Shown piece by piece: positions 14,690-28,344 of a stretch of 64,000 nt of DNA. How positions within the stretch are numbered: position 1 is the stretch's first letter; each line of letters starts with the position of its first letter. Origin of the DNA: Octopus vulgaris (taxonomy: Eukaryota); NCBI GenBank assembly GCA_951406725.2, contig OX597823.1:40300001-40364000 (forward strand). Reading direction: 5' to 3'. The translations under genes were made by a program, and so were the position numbers. The notes beneath the pieces were generated by a model. The model was given only the letters and a program-made list of their open reading frames with translations. It did not search any database and was not told the origin of the DNA.

Positions 14690-14690
<1 letters not shown>
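14294..14690 (-). mobile_element. non-autonomous Helitron
   Basis: Minus strand starts TCTTTATATATAAAA and ends with hairpin CCCGAGCAACGCCGGG then ...CTCG (CTAG variant); inserted between A and T with no TSD. Confidence 0.85.
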
Positions 14691-14745
<55 letters not shown>

Positions 14746-14769
14746 TTTTATATTCAACAATGAATAAAA

Positions 14770-14940
14770 ACACGTGGGCCGTTGGCGATTTCTGCGTTTC
14801 CTTCTTTGGACGTTTCCTTTTCTCCTTTCCAACTAAGAACTATGCTCAAAACGATAAACTCTCTCCTTTCACCGAGCGTCTAGCTAATACACACCTTGTG
14901 AAAGTTCTCATTTTCGTAGTTTTTAATTCGTTTATTTGAA
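14770..14940 (+). repeat. degenerate relative of the 51597/52074 HHR-bearing repeat (Penelope pLTR-like)
   Basis: aagaactatgctcaaaacgataaa...gagcgtctagctaataca aligns by eye with aagagcgtaggctcgaaacgtaaaa...gagcgctatactaataca. Confidence 0.5.
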
Positions 14941-15344
14941 TTGTTTGTTTATTGAATATATATATGTACACATATAACATATGGGATAATTATAAACAGA
15001 GCAAATTCTAGCCATTTCCCAGCAGACTGCAAAAAAAAAAAATTGATAAGCAGCCTTAATGGATTTTTGAACCTCATTAGGCTTTCATAGAGAAGTCTAT
15101 ATCATTCTGACAGCCTCCAGAGAAACGAAGCAACCAAACTGTTTATATAATCAACAAATGCATCAGTTACTCGATGAAGGAGTCCTTAATTTACATACCG
15201 AAAGTACCAGCGGGCTGTCAACGGAGATCTTAGTCCACACAACATCAAGGTATGATATAATATATACGTAACATACGGTATAATTATAAACAAGGCAAAT
15301 TTTAGCCATTTCTCCGCAGATACACAGACATTTGTATGTATAGG

Positions 15345-15625
15345 CTCAAACGTGGTTGTGTTATAAAAAAACTTCCTTCGCTACCACATGGTTCTGGGTT
15401 CAGTTCCACTGCATGGAAACTTAGGAAAGTGCCTTGTACTATAGGCTCTGGTCGAACCCCCCAAAATCACTTGACAACCGATGTTGGTGTGTTTCGTCCC
15501 CCGTAACTTAGCAGTTCGACAAAAGAGTACGATAGAATAAGTACTATGCTTACTGGGGGCGATTTGTTCGACTAAAGGCGTTGCTCCAGCATGGCTACAG
15601 TCAAATGACTGAAACAAATAAAAGA
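15345..15625 (+). mobile_element. SINE family B with central deletion
   Basis: Head ccacatggttctgggttcagttccactgc fused directly to the 3' module; central microsatellite missing. Confidence 0.85.
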
Positions 15626-16130
15626 ATATAAGAACAAAAGAATCGCGACACTCCACTTGTAACCTCTTGTCGGATATGTTGCCTGTGGATACTTGCACGT
15701 TGGCAGAGGGAATTATTTGTATTGCCAATGTGATTTTCTTTGCAGTTTGGGCAGGTAGCGCAGTATATAGGGTTTTACGTTTTGCAGTTCATTTCTGTAA
15801 AATTGAACGTTTGAAAGAAAAGTGGAAACAGTACATTTTGTATTCTAAAAATAACCCAAAGAAGAGAAAAAGAAAGATGGAAAAAAGAAGGAAAGAGGAG
15901 AAAAAGAGGGAAATAAAAGAAGGAAAGGTAAAAGAAGGAACGGAAGAAAGGGAAACAGGGAGATAGAAGGCAAGAACACTTCTAGTGATGACCACACCGC
16001 ACCTGTTCTTTTTCTTAAAAACGTCACCATCCTTAAACCCATTTTAATACAATGGTAAATGACTTAATGAATGAATGGTGAATAGGAAGGGGGATCTTCT
16101 TTCCTCCCTCTTTCTCCCACTCTCTCTCCC

Positions 16131-16167
<37 letters not shown>

Positions 16168-16186
16168 TTTTCTTTCTTTCTTCCTG

Positions 16187-16257
<71 letters not shown>

Positions 16258-16538
16258 CAATTGTCATAGAACCTCACCCTAAAAAAACAAAAGCACTGTT
16301 CTCTTTTAAACAAAACCCACCCAAAACTATGTTTTATATAAAAGAACAAGCTGTTTGTACATTCACAAAATTCTATTTGACAAGTTCGAGAAACGAACGA
16401 AAGCTCTATTAATAATAATGAAGAAATAAAAAGATTTTTTCCAAAATTCTGGCGAACTTTTTTCTCAATATTCAATATCTGTACACCACACCTAACACTC
16501 TACACACACACACACACACACACACACCTATATATATA

Positions 16539-16713
16539 GGCGCAGGACTGGCTGTGTGGTAAGTAGCTTGCTTACAAACTACATGGTTCCGGGTTCAGTC
16601 CCACTGCGTGGCACCTTGGGCAAGTGTCCTCTACTATAGCCTCGGGCCGACCAAAGCCTTGTGAGTGGATTTGCTAGACGGAAACTGAAAGAAGCCCGTC
16701 GTATATATGTATA

Positions 16714-16760
<47 letters not shown>

Positions 16761-16984
16761 TTGTGTGTGTTTGTGTAGTTGTGTGTGTCCCCCCCCCCCA
16801 ACATCGCTTGACTACCGATGCTGGTGTGTTTACGTCCCCGTAACTTAGCGGTTCGGCAAAAAGAGACCGATAGAATAAGTACTGGGCTTACAAAAGAATA
16901 AGTCCCGGGGTCGAGCTGCTCGATTAAAGGCGGTGCTCCAGCATAGCCGCAGTCAAATGACTGAAACAAGTAAAAGAGTAAGAG

Positions 16985-17021
<37 letters not shown>

Positions 17022-17232
17022 TTGTGTGTCTATGTTTGTCCCCCCCCCCAACATCGCTTGACAACCGATGCTGGTATGTTTACGTCCCCGTAACCTAGCG
17101 GTTCGGCAAAGCGACGGATAGAATAAGTACTAGGCTTACAAAGAATAAGTCCTAGGGTCGATTTGCTCGACTAAAGGCGGTGCCCCAGCATGGCCGCTGT
17201 CAAATGACTGAAACAAGTAAAAGAGTAAAAGA
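16539..17232 (+). mobile_element. SINE family B full copy (16539-16985) followed by a tandem second 3' half (about 17030-17232)
   Basis: A-box tggctgtgtgg, B-box gggttcagtccc, caccttgggcaagtg, internal (TA)n(TG)n, tail gaaacaagtaaaagagta. Confidence 0.92.
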
Positions 17233-17571
17233 ATAATGACTGCTAAGTTTCACTCGTATCATACAATTCTACAAATCATGAAAATGAAGAATATATAAGT
17301 GGTTTTAAACAGTAACAAAACAACACACAAGGCCATATGCATCTGTTCATGTAAAGTCAGACGTACAGGTTAGAATATTTCCAGTTTCATAAACTCCAAA
17401 GCATTGTTTCCTCTGGATTGAGTAGTTGAAGAACTTTACGCAGACATTTTAATTGACAGATTATTCTAGAAAAATAAATTCGTTCAAATCTTAACTACAA
17501 AATCCTCCATCTTTAATGTGGCGACCTTATCTCTTTAACACTCTCGAATATTCTCTCTCCCAATATACCTG

Positions 17572-17638
<67 letters not shown>

Positions 17639-18854
17639 GTTCCGTCGCCATTTATTCGCTATAAGTTTGCTATCTTTAAAGCTATTAAACAGCTTGTGTC
17701 AATAACATCGCCCCCATTATAAAGTCTTTATTCCCCATCTTCGATGTCTGTTGCTTGCTTGTCTGTCTATCTGTTTGTCTGTCTTTTTATCTCTCTATAT
17801 CTTTGCCTTCCTATCCTTCTGTCTGTCTGTTTGACTGTCTCTCTCCCTCCCTTGTCTCTCTGTCTCTCTCTCTCGTCCTTCGTCTTTCTCCTGTCTCCTT
17901 CCGTCTTTCTCTCTTCTCAGCCATTTGCGCTAAGCTTCACCTTCACCTAGATCTTTCTGTCTGTCTGTCTGTCTGTATTCCTTTCTGTCTTCCTCTCTCT
18001 CTCAACTCTGTATCTAGCTCTGTCTCATGCGGTCTTTTCTGTCTTCATAGTCACATGCGCTAAGCTTCGCCCTCAACTAGATATTCACCTCGCTTTACTT
18101 CACTATAGTTTCATAACAACGTACCACCACTGCATAGACACACACACATACATACACGCACGTACATTAATGCTGGCTAGCGTGTTCAGAAGGGAATCAC
18201 CCGTATTATTCTCTGTGTTTAAACACGGAATCACTACGACTAATCCCCACTCTGTTATAATCTTTCCGAGACAATGATGTTACTTCTAATAAATTTTCTG
18301 AAACCACGCCGCTTCCTTCACCAAACCACACCGTTTCCTCCACCAAATTAAACGTCTTCATTTCTGATCACACACAACTCTGTATTCACCCACTCTTCTC
18401 TTACTTGCCAATATTCCTTCACTGAAACTAGCTATACTTAAGACAAAATGTATTTGACGATTTTCCTACATCTTAGTGGCTTCTGTTGCCATCATCATAA
18501 CTCTATTTAATTTCAAATTTTCTCACGCCCCTTCTAACGTGTGTGTTTGTTATTATATTAGAGTATGAAAGCAGGAATGTATATGTACATACATATACAT
18601 ACTTCTTAAATGTATGCGTGTATACATATATGCATACAAACATGTATAGAAACATATATACACACCTACATATCAGTGCATGCTTGTGTATATGTATGTA
18701 TATATACAATATATATGTAACATATATATTTGTATATATAATGTATAGATGTATATATAATACATATAATATGATACAATATAACATACGGTATATATAA
18801 TATATGTAATGTATGTATACATATAACGTGTACATATACATATGAATATATGCA

Positions 18855-18898
<44 letters not shown>

Positions 18899-18920
18899 CA
18901 TTTATATGAATAAGTACATG

Positions 18921-18951
<31 letters not shown>

Positions 18952-18962
18952 ATGCATACATA

Positions 18963-19025
<63 letters not shown>

Positions 19026-19789
19026 ATATATTCACATATATATGCATGTATATACACACACACGAGTATATATATGCAATCAATTTATATGATTTAACGT
19101 ACTTAGATATGTGCACACACAATCGCACCACATCCAATCAGAATCAGAAACACACCCACACCACACACATCTCTATACACACCCACACATATCTCTATAC
19201 GTGGACATCTCTGTCCTGTGCATCCTAATTGTTTGGTATTTTATGTATGTGTGTGAATACATACTAATATTAATTTTCAATTATTAGCTGTAAATTTCTA
19301 AGTTGCTGGAGAATTAAGCAGTTGGTGTGTGTTAATAACGTTCCTTTTAAAAATTACAAGATAATATTTATTCGTCCATTTGTATTAGAACGCCGTCGAA
19401 GGAGATTTAGAGAATAATCTGAAATTCTAAGAGAACGTTTCTAATAAATTCATTTAGTATTGTCGTCTTTAAATTGACACAAGTCTTTTCTTCAAGTCTT
19501 CTTCTCTGTTATTCATATAAAGTTTCCATTAAACCTCTGCGATATGATTAGTCCGAGGTTGGCAGATCTCTGCCAATTGAGTTAATCAGTTATCGTGTAG
19601 AAAGTAAGAAACAGTGGATAACAACATAATTGGTTGTGGAGTGTGATTGAATGTGCGTTTGAGAGCATGTGTGTGTAAGAGTTAGTGTGTGGGTGTGTGT
19701 ACACGTGTGTGTGTTATAGTGAGATGAGGTCAGCTAAGATGGTGGAAGTCGATATGTGGTGTATAACGTTTGTAGGCGCTTTGTAATCA

Positions 19790-20070
19790 AATGGATTAGA
19801 AATTCACTTAGCAATCATGAAATCTCGGTTTCGATTCCGTTGCATGAAATATAGGGCAAGAGTAATTTTCAAATAGTTTCTGTTGGAGGCATTCTTTATG
19901 AGTAACATTAAGGTAGACAGGTAGAATGTAGGCGTAATTTAAAGGCCCACACTGATCACACTCTGTAGCGCCTGAGAGTTACATTGAAGATTCATGCGTC
20001 TGTGGAATATTCAACCACTTATATGCCTAGTTGTTCAATTAATTGAATAACTGAATATTTATGGTCGGAA
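19790..20070 (+). mobile_element. old degenerate SINE, B-like head with a tail like the 32376 copy
   Basis: ggtttcgattccgttgc...agggcaag head; tcacactctgt...gtctgtggaatattcaaccactt matches the reverse complement of 32450-32530. Confidence 0.55.
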
Positions 20071-20429
20071 AGTCTGAATGAAATCAATTTATAGTGCAGA
20101 GTGGCTTAATGTAGAGGCAAACAGTCCATGTGTTCATGCGTGGCAAAGTATCTGGTATTGTATCGATAATGTAGAGCAAAGTCTATCTGTTCCTGGATAG
20201 TATCTTTATTTCGTGTAGTGCCGTATAAGATACAATCGGCTGATATAGAAAGTGTTGTTGTTTAACTCCAAAATCTATTAAAACGCAATACAGTCTTGTT
20301 CTGGCTATTGCTTGTGTTGTGGAGCAGAGAACGAAGAACTTCTGGGTGTAGGGATATCATTGATTGTAATATTGTATGGCATTATGTGATGTAGAGCATA
20401 CTTATGTGTTGTTATTGCTATTTATTTAT

Positions 20430-20630
20430 CCCTAGTTCAATCTTAATTCATCAGATATATGACCAAAGACACTCAATCCATGAACATTTCATTTTGTTAA
20501 ATTTCTCTTAGACCATATTATCCAATAGGGTTATTCTCTAAGGCGTTGCGGTATGTTCCGTAGGAGTTTGGTTGCTACTTTGCTACTTTTAGCAGAATGA
20601 GTGACTCTGTGGATGCTTCCTAGTTGGCTC
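20430..20630 (+). repeat. old interspersed repeat; other copies near 29610-29990 (-), 33180-33365, 39200-39400, 46225-46530
   Basis: Recurring degenerate motifs ccctagttca...agacctatgaccaaag and gagatttggctgctatttctagcag. Confidence 0.55.
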
Positions 20631-21599
20631 CAGTTATGTTGGCTTCAGTTATATAAAGTAGTCACGAGTAAAACAATATAATAGTCAGCGACACAGAATA
20701 GAGTCGAAGAGCGTGGTGTTTTGTGAAAGTGTTTAATATGATGCATGGTATGACGTAGAGTCAAAGTCACTGAGAGTGACGTTCTGCTCCAAGACTAGAA
20801 CCAAAAGCGGAAACATTTGTGGGAATTCAAAGGGACAAGCGTCTTCCAACCGTGAACTTTTAGTATTTTTTTGCAATAGTATTTTTTTGAAATCGTTTAT
20901 CGTTTTTCTTGCAACGATCTTATATTTTTGCAACGTTTTCAGCTAAAAATGAAACGTTATGTCCCAAGTATTCTATAGTCCTAAAGAAGTTCCACTGTTG
21001 CAAAAATTCCTCGTTGATCTTCAAGAAGCAAGTCTTCTCCCCACCCCTAATTTACTACCTCCATTATCCTCAATGTATACATTTCGTAATTTATCAGTTA
21101 CACTCATGATTCCTTTGTAAGACACCACTTCAAATACAACATCACTTTCTTATTCCTGCAATCCACACTTGGATAAATTACAGTTCTTGAGTGCTATATT
21201 GTTTACGCATTCAGGTATACATGTCAAAAATCACTTTCCATTTCTCTAAACCCAGGCCTCTGCAGATAACTCATTTGAGTTGCGCCATGCTGCTGATTTC
21301 AAATAAGGATGAAATGGTGATATACATAGCTACCTACGATTACAAGTTTTAAGGTCTTTTTAATGTGTAAGGAAAATATTAGATATATTAAATGTGTATA
21401 TTCTGTGCATCTTTTTCCTTATTCTTCGATTTAAATTTCAAACTTCCAATCCCACTTGAACTGATCTAAAAGTGATTATCTCCCTTACGATAACCAGTCA
21501 CCAGGGCACGTCACGTGATCAAAAGAACTGTTTTTTCCTGGAATAAGCACAAGTAATAATCTAGTCTTATGTTAGCCATTTGATGTATTGATATTGGGA

Positions 21600-22110
21600 A
21601 TAGACAGAACTTTCTGTTCGGCCAATCATGAGGAACATTTTTTGTTGTGATAGAGTGTGACTTTGTGAATCATATATTCTCTGTATATTTCGGTTGTGAT
21701 ATCTGACGGAAAATTGTCCGTAACATCCCCACTCCAAATATATTTTAGGCTTGTTTACTCTTCAATACTGGCTTTTGTGAATTTTATGGGGTGTCTCGAC
21801 GCATGTTTCTAACTGTGTCGATGTATTTGTTTTTTTTTTTTGGTGGGGGGACTAAGTGATACTTCGTATTGATCATTTGTGTCAAGCCCACCGTCTTGAT
21901 CATAATCTCCAGAGATGTTGGTACCACGTGGACCTGCTGAGACAGGCCTTTATAATGGATCTGTTTTCCGTTGGTTATGCAGAAAGTCAAGCTAAGCTTA
22001 TGTCCGACAACATCTGATCGCCTCTTTCTTCCTTTTCTCTCCAAGCCCTTTTTCACGACCTTCTTTTTAGTCGTCGGATCTGTGCCGACAAAATGACTTG
22101 ACAGCATCTT
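21600..22110 (-). pseudogene. very decayed Penelope-like GIY-YIG remnant
   Basis: Pieces VVKK, RCCRT, FCITNGKQIH, KYIDTVRNMRR and IHKSQ fall in the same order as motifs of the clearer GIY-YIG at 57250-57640; several frameshifts. Confidence 0.4.
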
Positions 22111-22112
22111 TG

Positions 22113-22305
22113 GAAGGAGTGGTTGTGTGGCTAAGAGAGCATAACTGTGTGGTTAAGAAGCTCGCTTTGCAGCCATGTGGTTTTGGGTTCAGTCCCATTG
22201 CGTGATACAATGGATGTCTTCAGCTACAACTCTGAGCCGATCAATACCTTGTGAATGAATTTGGAAGACGGAAATTGCATGGACATGGAATCCCATCATA
22301 TGTGT

Positions 22306-22347
<42 letters not shown>

Positions 22348-22585
22348 CTTTCTGTATGTCTTTTTGTGTGTATTTCTACTTCCAAACTGCTTGGCAACGG
22401 TGCTGGCTTGTTTACTTCCTCGTAACTTAGCGGTTAGGTAAAAAAAAAATTCCACTCGATTAAGTGTCAGAGTTTTGAAAAATAAATGAAGAATAGGTAC
22501 TGGGGTGGACTTATTCGATTGAAATCCTTCAAGGCGGTGCCCCAGCTCGGTCGCAGTCCAATGACAGAAGAATGTAAAAGATAAA
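22113..22585 (+). mobile_element. SINE family B, degenerate
   Basis: gggttcagtcccattgcgtg head, internal (TG)n, cgtaacttagcggtt, gcagtccaatgac tail. Confidence 0.85.
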
Positions 22586-23419
22586 ATATAAACATCTATG
22601 ACCATGTAAGAAAACATAACGCAAATAGAATAAAAATGAGTATTTATAGCACTTCCAGCGTGTTAGGATAGAGTGAAAATAATCTTGACTCCTATTATGG
22701 ATATAAAATATTAAAATAATTTAATATTTCATCATTAAATAAAGTATAAATCAATATGAAGTATTTTCATGAATATTTGTAAAGAAACCTGATGATCATT
22801 GTTAAAATATTGAAGTAATATTTCATCGTAATTCTAGCTAATATTTGGTAAAAGATACTTCTTTAGAGTGTGTACAAAAGAATACGTTTTTGCTAGAATT
22901 ATTTCTTTATTAACAGCTCTGTTGTATGGTATCCAGTCATTATTTTTTTCCACCTATTATGCTTGGGCGTAGTGTCCTCTGGCACCTCCTCCAGAAATCC
23001 CACGCAGGTAAGTGTTTCAGCCTTTAATTTCTTATTCTTACACTCTAAGGGGGTTGGACCGCGTCCCCTTCCGCTGGATATCAGAGACTTGAGCATTTAA
23101 ACCGTTTGTGACATTCGTGTCTTCCGCTAGAGAATTTACGATGCAAATGAAGGGAATTATTTTGTTTTGTATTTAGTTTGCATGATTCTTCATGTAAAAT
23201 TGTGAGTCGAAACAGACTGTGTTGTATCTTGGTAGGGTCAAAATGCCGATAATGAACATATTCTCTAGTTTTATATCATTTTATTATTACTAGCCAACTA
23301 GTTAATCATTTAACTAGTTAACTAATAAATTCTTTGATTAATTGTCCAGTCAATCAATCAAATAATTGATTAGTTAATTTGTTAACAATCTATCCATCGA
23401 TCTTCTCTGTTCAATATTC

Positions 23420-23655
23420 CTGGAAAGTTCATGGGGGCAAGGTCCTCATGTCCGTCCGCCATAGACACCTATAAGTAGTACCCACCATTACAGTTACCGA
23501 CTTGATTCCCCGATTCACAAGCGTGACTAACTGAGACTATGGATATTATCCAACCGTCTCGTTCTTGGTCTCCCTGAAAGTCTCCTGCCAGTTGGCACGG
23601 CTTCAATAAACTGTGTTACGATTCTTACCCGGGACATTCTAATCACACACCAGTT
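23420..23655 (-). pseudogene. RTE-clade LINE 3' terminal fragment
   Basis: VIRMSRVRIVTQFIEAVPTGRRLSGRPRTRRLDNI...WR...LPP matches the RTE C-terminal G.R..GRPR.RW.D pattern. Confidence 0.75.
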
Positions 23656-24660
23656 TCCTTTATTGTTGTGAAGTAAGAAAAAAAAAATTATATTTTCATA
23701 TTTTCTTATTTTGATTTTAGATATTATATTTTTGCCTACATATTTTAATTAAAACATTTCTACTTTATCTCAGTTTGATCGACATTTATCAATTATTAAT
23801 GATTTAAACGAATTATTAATAAAAAAGATGAAAATTAGTAATTTAAGAAATTCAGTAAGGTTAGGCTAATTCAACCATAAGGTGTTGTTGTTTTAGTTGC
23901 ACTTAATTAAAATTAAAACTTTAATTAAAAAAATAATATAGATGTCGTTGATAAGATACCAAGACTAAGATATTAATAAGTGATAATGAAATGCAGAATT
24001 ATTTTAACAAAATACAATTCATTCTCTTCATATGAAGATGTAAAGTACAACCTAAATGCTTAGTCTGATACGAATGTTATGTTAGGAATAAGCGGCTAAA
24101 CTTAAACCACTAGGCTAATCGAAAATTGACTTTTAAGCAGTGTAAACTATTTCAGCATTAAAAGAAAACTACTTTGTTACTAACGAAATAACCGAATATA
24201 GATCTAATTAAGCACAATTACTTACGTTCAGTAGCATTGGAGATTTAACAACACAAATGTAGTGATTGGAGTCTAGTGCATGGTATCCCGGTAAAGCGGT
24301 TTCAGATAGCTCTAGCTCCTTTTCAATTTACCATATCGTAAAATTATGTAAGGATTACTGGGAGGTCACTTAGCGGTAGTTTAGACATTGGATCAGCTAA
24401 GTCGCATGAGTAGTTCTTCGTTAGTCTTAGGAATAGTTACATTATGCTACTCTTGAGTTACGAAAACTACATACATACATACATACATACATACATACAT
24501 ACATACATACATACATACATACATACATACATACATACATACATACATAAGTATATATATATATATATTCCATTTTTTGACAAAACCTTGCTTGCTCGAA
24601 AATATAATCCTCCTCTTTATTTTGCAAGTAAATAGCAAACTGATTCGACAACAGAAAGTC

Positions 24661-25300
24661 ATGGAACAACAGAATCGTTCCGCCATTGTAGTTTTGGCGC
24701 GCACCGGACACACTAGCAATAAAATTGTTAAGTTGACGAAACTTCCAAAGGCAACAGTTTATCGAGTGTATAAGCAATTTAAAGAAGAGGGGAAGATTGA
24801 TAGAAGAGAACATAAGGCGGCGAGCTGGCAGAATCGTTAGCACGTCGGGCGAAATGCTTTGTGGTATTACGTTCGCCGCTGCGTTCTGAGTTCAAATTCT
24901 GCCGAGGTCGACTTTGCCTTTCATCCTTTCGGAGTCGATAAATTAAGTACCAGTTACGCACTGGGGTCGATGCAATCGACTTAATCCGTTTGTCTGTCCT
25001 TGTTTGTCCCCTCTATGTTTAGCCCCTTGTGGGCAGTAAAGAAATAAGAAAAGAATACAAGATTCGAAGTGATTCCAAGCGCAATCCAAAGTTTCTCGCT
25101 GATTTCAAACGTTCAATTGAAGCCACCCCATCCGCATCCATGAGAACTCTTGCAAAGAAACGCAATGTGTCCCTTTCCACGGTGTTCAGAGCTGTGAACA
25201 GGAGTCTTGGTATGAATAGCTATTTACGACGAGAGCATCACCTCCTAACGGCCAAGGCCAAAGCAACCAGAGCCAAGAGATGCCCAAAGCTGTCATTCAT
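24661..25300 (+). pseudogene. Tc1/mariner (Tc1 or DD37D-like) transposase N-terminal half, split by a SINE
   Basis: MEQQNRSAIVVLARTGHTSNKIVKLTKLPKATVYRVYKQFKEEG continues after the SINE as PSASMRTLAKKRNVSLSTVFRAV...SYLRREHHLLT (paired HTHs). Confidence 0.82.
24816..25046 (+). mobile_element. SINE family A inserted in the transposase
   Basis: Full copy; imperfect TSD agaagagaacataag / agaaaagaatacaag. Confidence 0.92.
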
Positions 25301-25376
25301 CAATATATGTATATATATATATACACATATATAAATACGTACATACATATATATATGTACGTATATATATATATGT

Positions 25377-25408
<32 letters not shown>

Positions 25409-25437
25409 ACACATATATATATATATGCATATATATA

Positions 25438-26104
25438 CAGAGTACGGTGAATAAACTGTCATCTAAATTACGCAAAAATGAAAATAACACTAACGTCTCA
25501 TTTAACAGATATATTTACCAAATGTACACGAAAGTATCTTGAACTAATATAAGGGGTTGCAGTCTGGGGAGTTAGGAGGCTTGATGTTAGGGGTGATGTA
25601 GTTCCAGAAATTGTTTGACAGCTATGACTGGGTTCTCCTCCTTGTGTGGCATGGTGCAGAGTCCTGTTGCCAGACTCAGGGTTTCCAGCACCCACCCTCA
25701 TGACACAGGGAAGTATTAGCTCCTTCAGGCACTTGATGTAGGGCTCCGTGTTGAGTTTGAGGCCGTGTGGGGAGATGAAGGGAGGCATAACGTTGCCGTC
25801 TCTAGTGATCACTCCAAACACCATGATGTTGGCTGGATGTTTGATTTTTATCAGTCTCGGTACATGTCATCAGATTGCACTGTTCTCAGATTGATACCCA
25901 CGCACTCTGAAATACTCGTATTGGAGCTTCCGGTACAAATGCCAGACAGTATAGCATGTCATTTCCAAATTCCTGGCAGAGTGAATTGCGTGATGGTGCT
26001 GTTTTCCTCACAGACAGTGCTCAACTAACCCTACTATACTGTGTAGTCGACAAAATGAAAAACAAACTGCGCGAAATAAAAAGTATAAAATGGCGACAAT
26101 TTAC
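25438..26104 (-). mobile_element. Tc1/mariner DD37D(maT)-like transposon, internally deleted
   Basis: MVFGVITRDGNVMPPFISPHGLKLNTEPYIKCL, WQQDSAPCH, PPNSPDCNPL; ends TA-cagagtacggtgaataaactgtc and gcgacaatttac are imperfect inverted repeats. Confidence 0.82.
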
Positions 26105-26112
26105 ATATTGCA

Positions 26113-26195
<83 letters not shown>

Positions 26196-26210
26196 GTGTG
26201 TGTGTGTCTA

Positions 26211-26242
<32 letters not shown>

Positions 26243-26243
26243 C

Positions 26244-26284
<41 letters not shown>

Positions 26285-26312
26285 TATATATATATGTATA
26301 TATATGTATGTA

Positions 26313-26369
<57 letters not shown>

Positions 26370-27319
26370 GTATATATATATGCACACAGATGCACACACA
26401 CACAAGTGAACTTTTGATTAGTGAAAATATGTTTGTGTCCTATTTTAACTTCTATAGTCATAATAGTATATATGTTCATACATATAAACACATACGCACA
26501 CATACATATAATGTATGTATAAGTGTGCGAGCCTGTGAATGTGGAATATGTGTATATGTGTTTATGTCCTTATGTCCTCTTATATGTGGACACAAGCATG
26601 TGAGAGAGCTCTTACAAAGAAATTATGACGAAGATAACGAAGGAAGGTGACATCACCTTGGAGTGGATTCCTTCATTAGTTCCTTTCAAGTAGGATAACT
26701 AAATTCTACCACCACTTATTTGATCAGCAGCCGTCGAACCAAGATGGGTTTCGAATCTTTGGGAAGATAGTTTTAATGAATGTAATAGTTCCAGTTAAGT
26801 GCCTGTTTTTGCTATAAGCGTTTGGTACCAAATTGACAATCGACTATCCAGTATTAGAGAGAGAAAGAGAAAATAAAAAGACCGAACAAAAAGCAACAGA
26901 AATACAAACAAACAAACAGAATATAAAATCCCGAATTCACTGAAGTTAAACCATTATAAATTTTAATATTGTCAAATGTAATCCTGTATCAGTCTCAACA
27001 TGCCGAAACTAACGAACCTCGGTAACCTTTGAGTACAGCATGACGTCTTAGATCACGTGATGTACTACTCCGCTGGTATGCTCTCAATGAAGGCCATCAT
27101 TCAACGAGATGTTAGTAGCAATACGTGTACAATCTATATACAACACCGCAAACATCTTTACCACCCCCAAGGTTTCCGTTATTTTCCCCCTACCCACCCA
27201 CCATACTTGTTGTTTTATTGCTTATCACTCATCCTTCTCCTCCGCTCCTTCTCTCTCATTTAATCTCTGTACCGTCTGTTTATATCGTTTCTTTTCCAGC
27301 TCGTTCACTCCACTTCCCA

Positions 27320-27390
27320 CCATCTCTCTCTCTTTCTTTCCTTCTTTCTTGCTTTATTTCTTTGTTTGTTTGTTTCTTTCTTTCTTACCT

Positions 27391-27469
<79 letters not shown>

Positions 27470-27484
27470 CTCTCTCTCTCTTTT

Positions 27485-27557
<73 letters not shown>

Positions 27558-27560
27558 TCT
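27320..27560. repeat. (TTTC)n tetranucleotide tract within a pyrimidine-rich region (27200-28550)
   Basis: Direct inspection. Confidence 0.95.
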
Positions 27561-27846
27561 TTCTTCACTTTCTCAGTCTTCCTCTGTCTGTCTGTCCCTC
27601 TCATTCTTATTTTCATTCAATATTTTCGTTCGCCCCTATAGGCTATTATTTTCTTCTTTCTTCTGGTCTCTCTCTTCCCCCCTCTCATTCTCTCTCACAC
27701 ACTAGCGAACGTTCTTTCTCTCTTTTCCTTTTTAACTATCTCACACTCTCACACCTCACTCTCTTATACAGTATTTCTCTATCTTTCTTGCATAGATAGA
27801 AACACATACATAAATACAATCTCTCACACACTTTTCTTATATTGTG

Positions 27847-27881
<35 letters not shown>

Positions 27882-28310
27882 CACAGAGAAACGCACAAAC
27901 ACAAACATACTCTCTCCTTACTGAGCGTGTGTCTCTCTTGCATACACGCTCTCATTGATTCTGTGTGCAACACTCTTTTACACGCAAACACACACACACG
28001 CGCGCACACACACATACACACGCACACACACACACTCTCTCTAATTCATATTGTTTTGTCCTTACTCTATATTTTTCCCTCCCTCACTCTAATTCTTCTT
28101 CCTTCTTTCTCACTCAATCTTTCTCCCTCACTGTTCCCTTATCTTACTCTCTTTTCTCTTTTTCACTAATCTCTAATCTCTCTCTCTCTCTCTCTTTCCT
28201 GTGTCTCTCTTCTTTCTCTCATATTGTGTTTCTCTCTCTCCTCTCTTCATCTCTTTCTCTACATCACAATAATTTTCGCCCCTCCTTCCCTCTCTTTCTA
28301 TCGTAATGTT

Positions 28311-28344
<34 letters not shown>

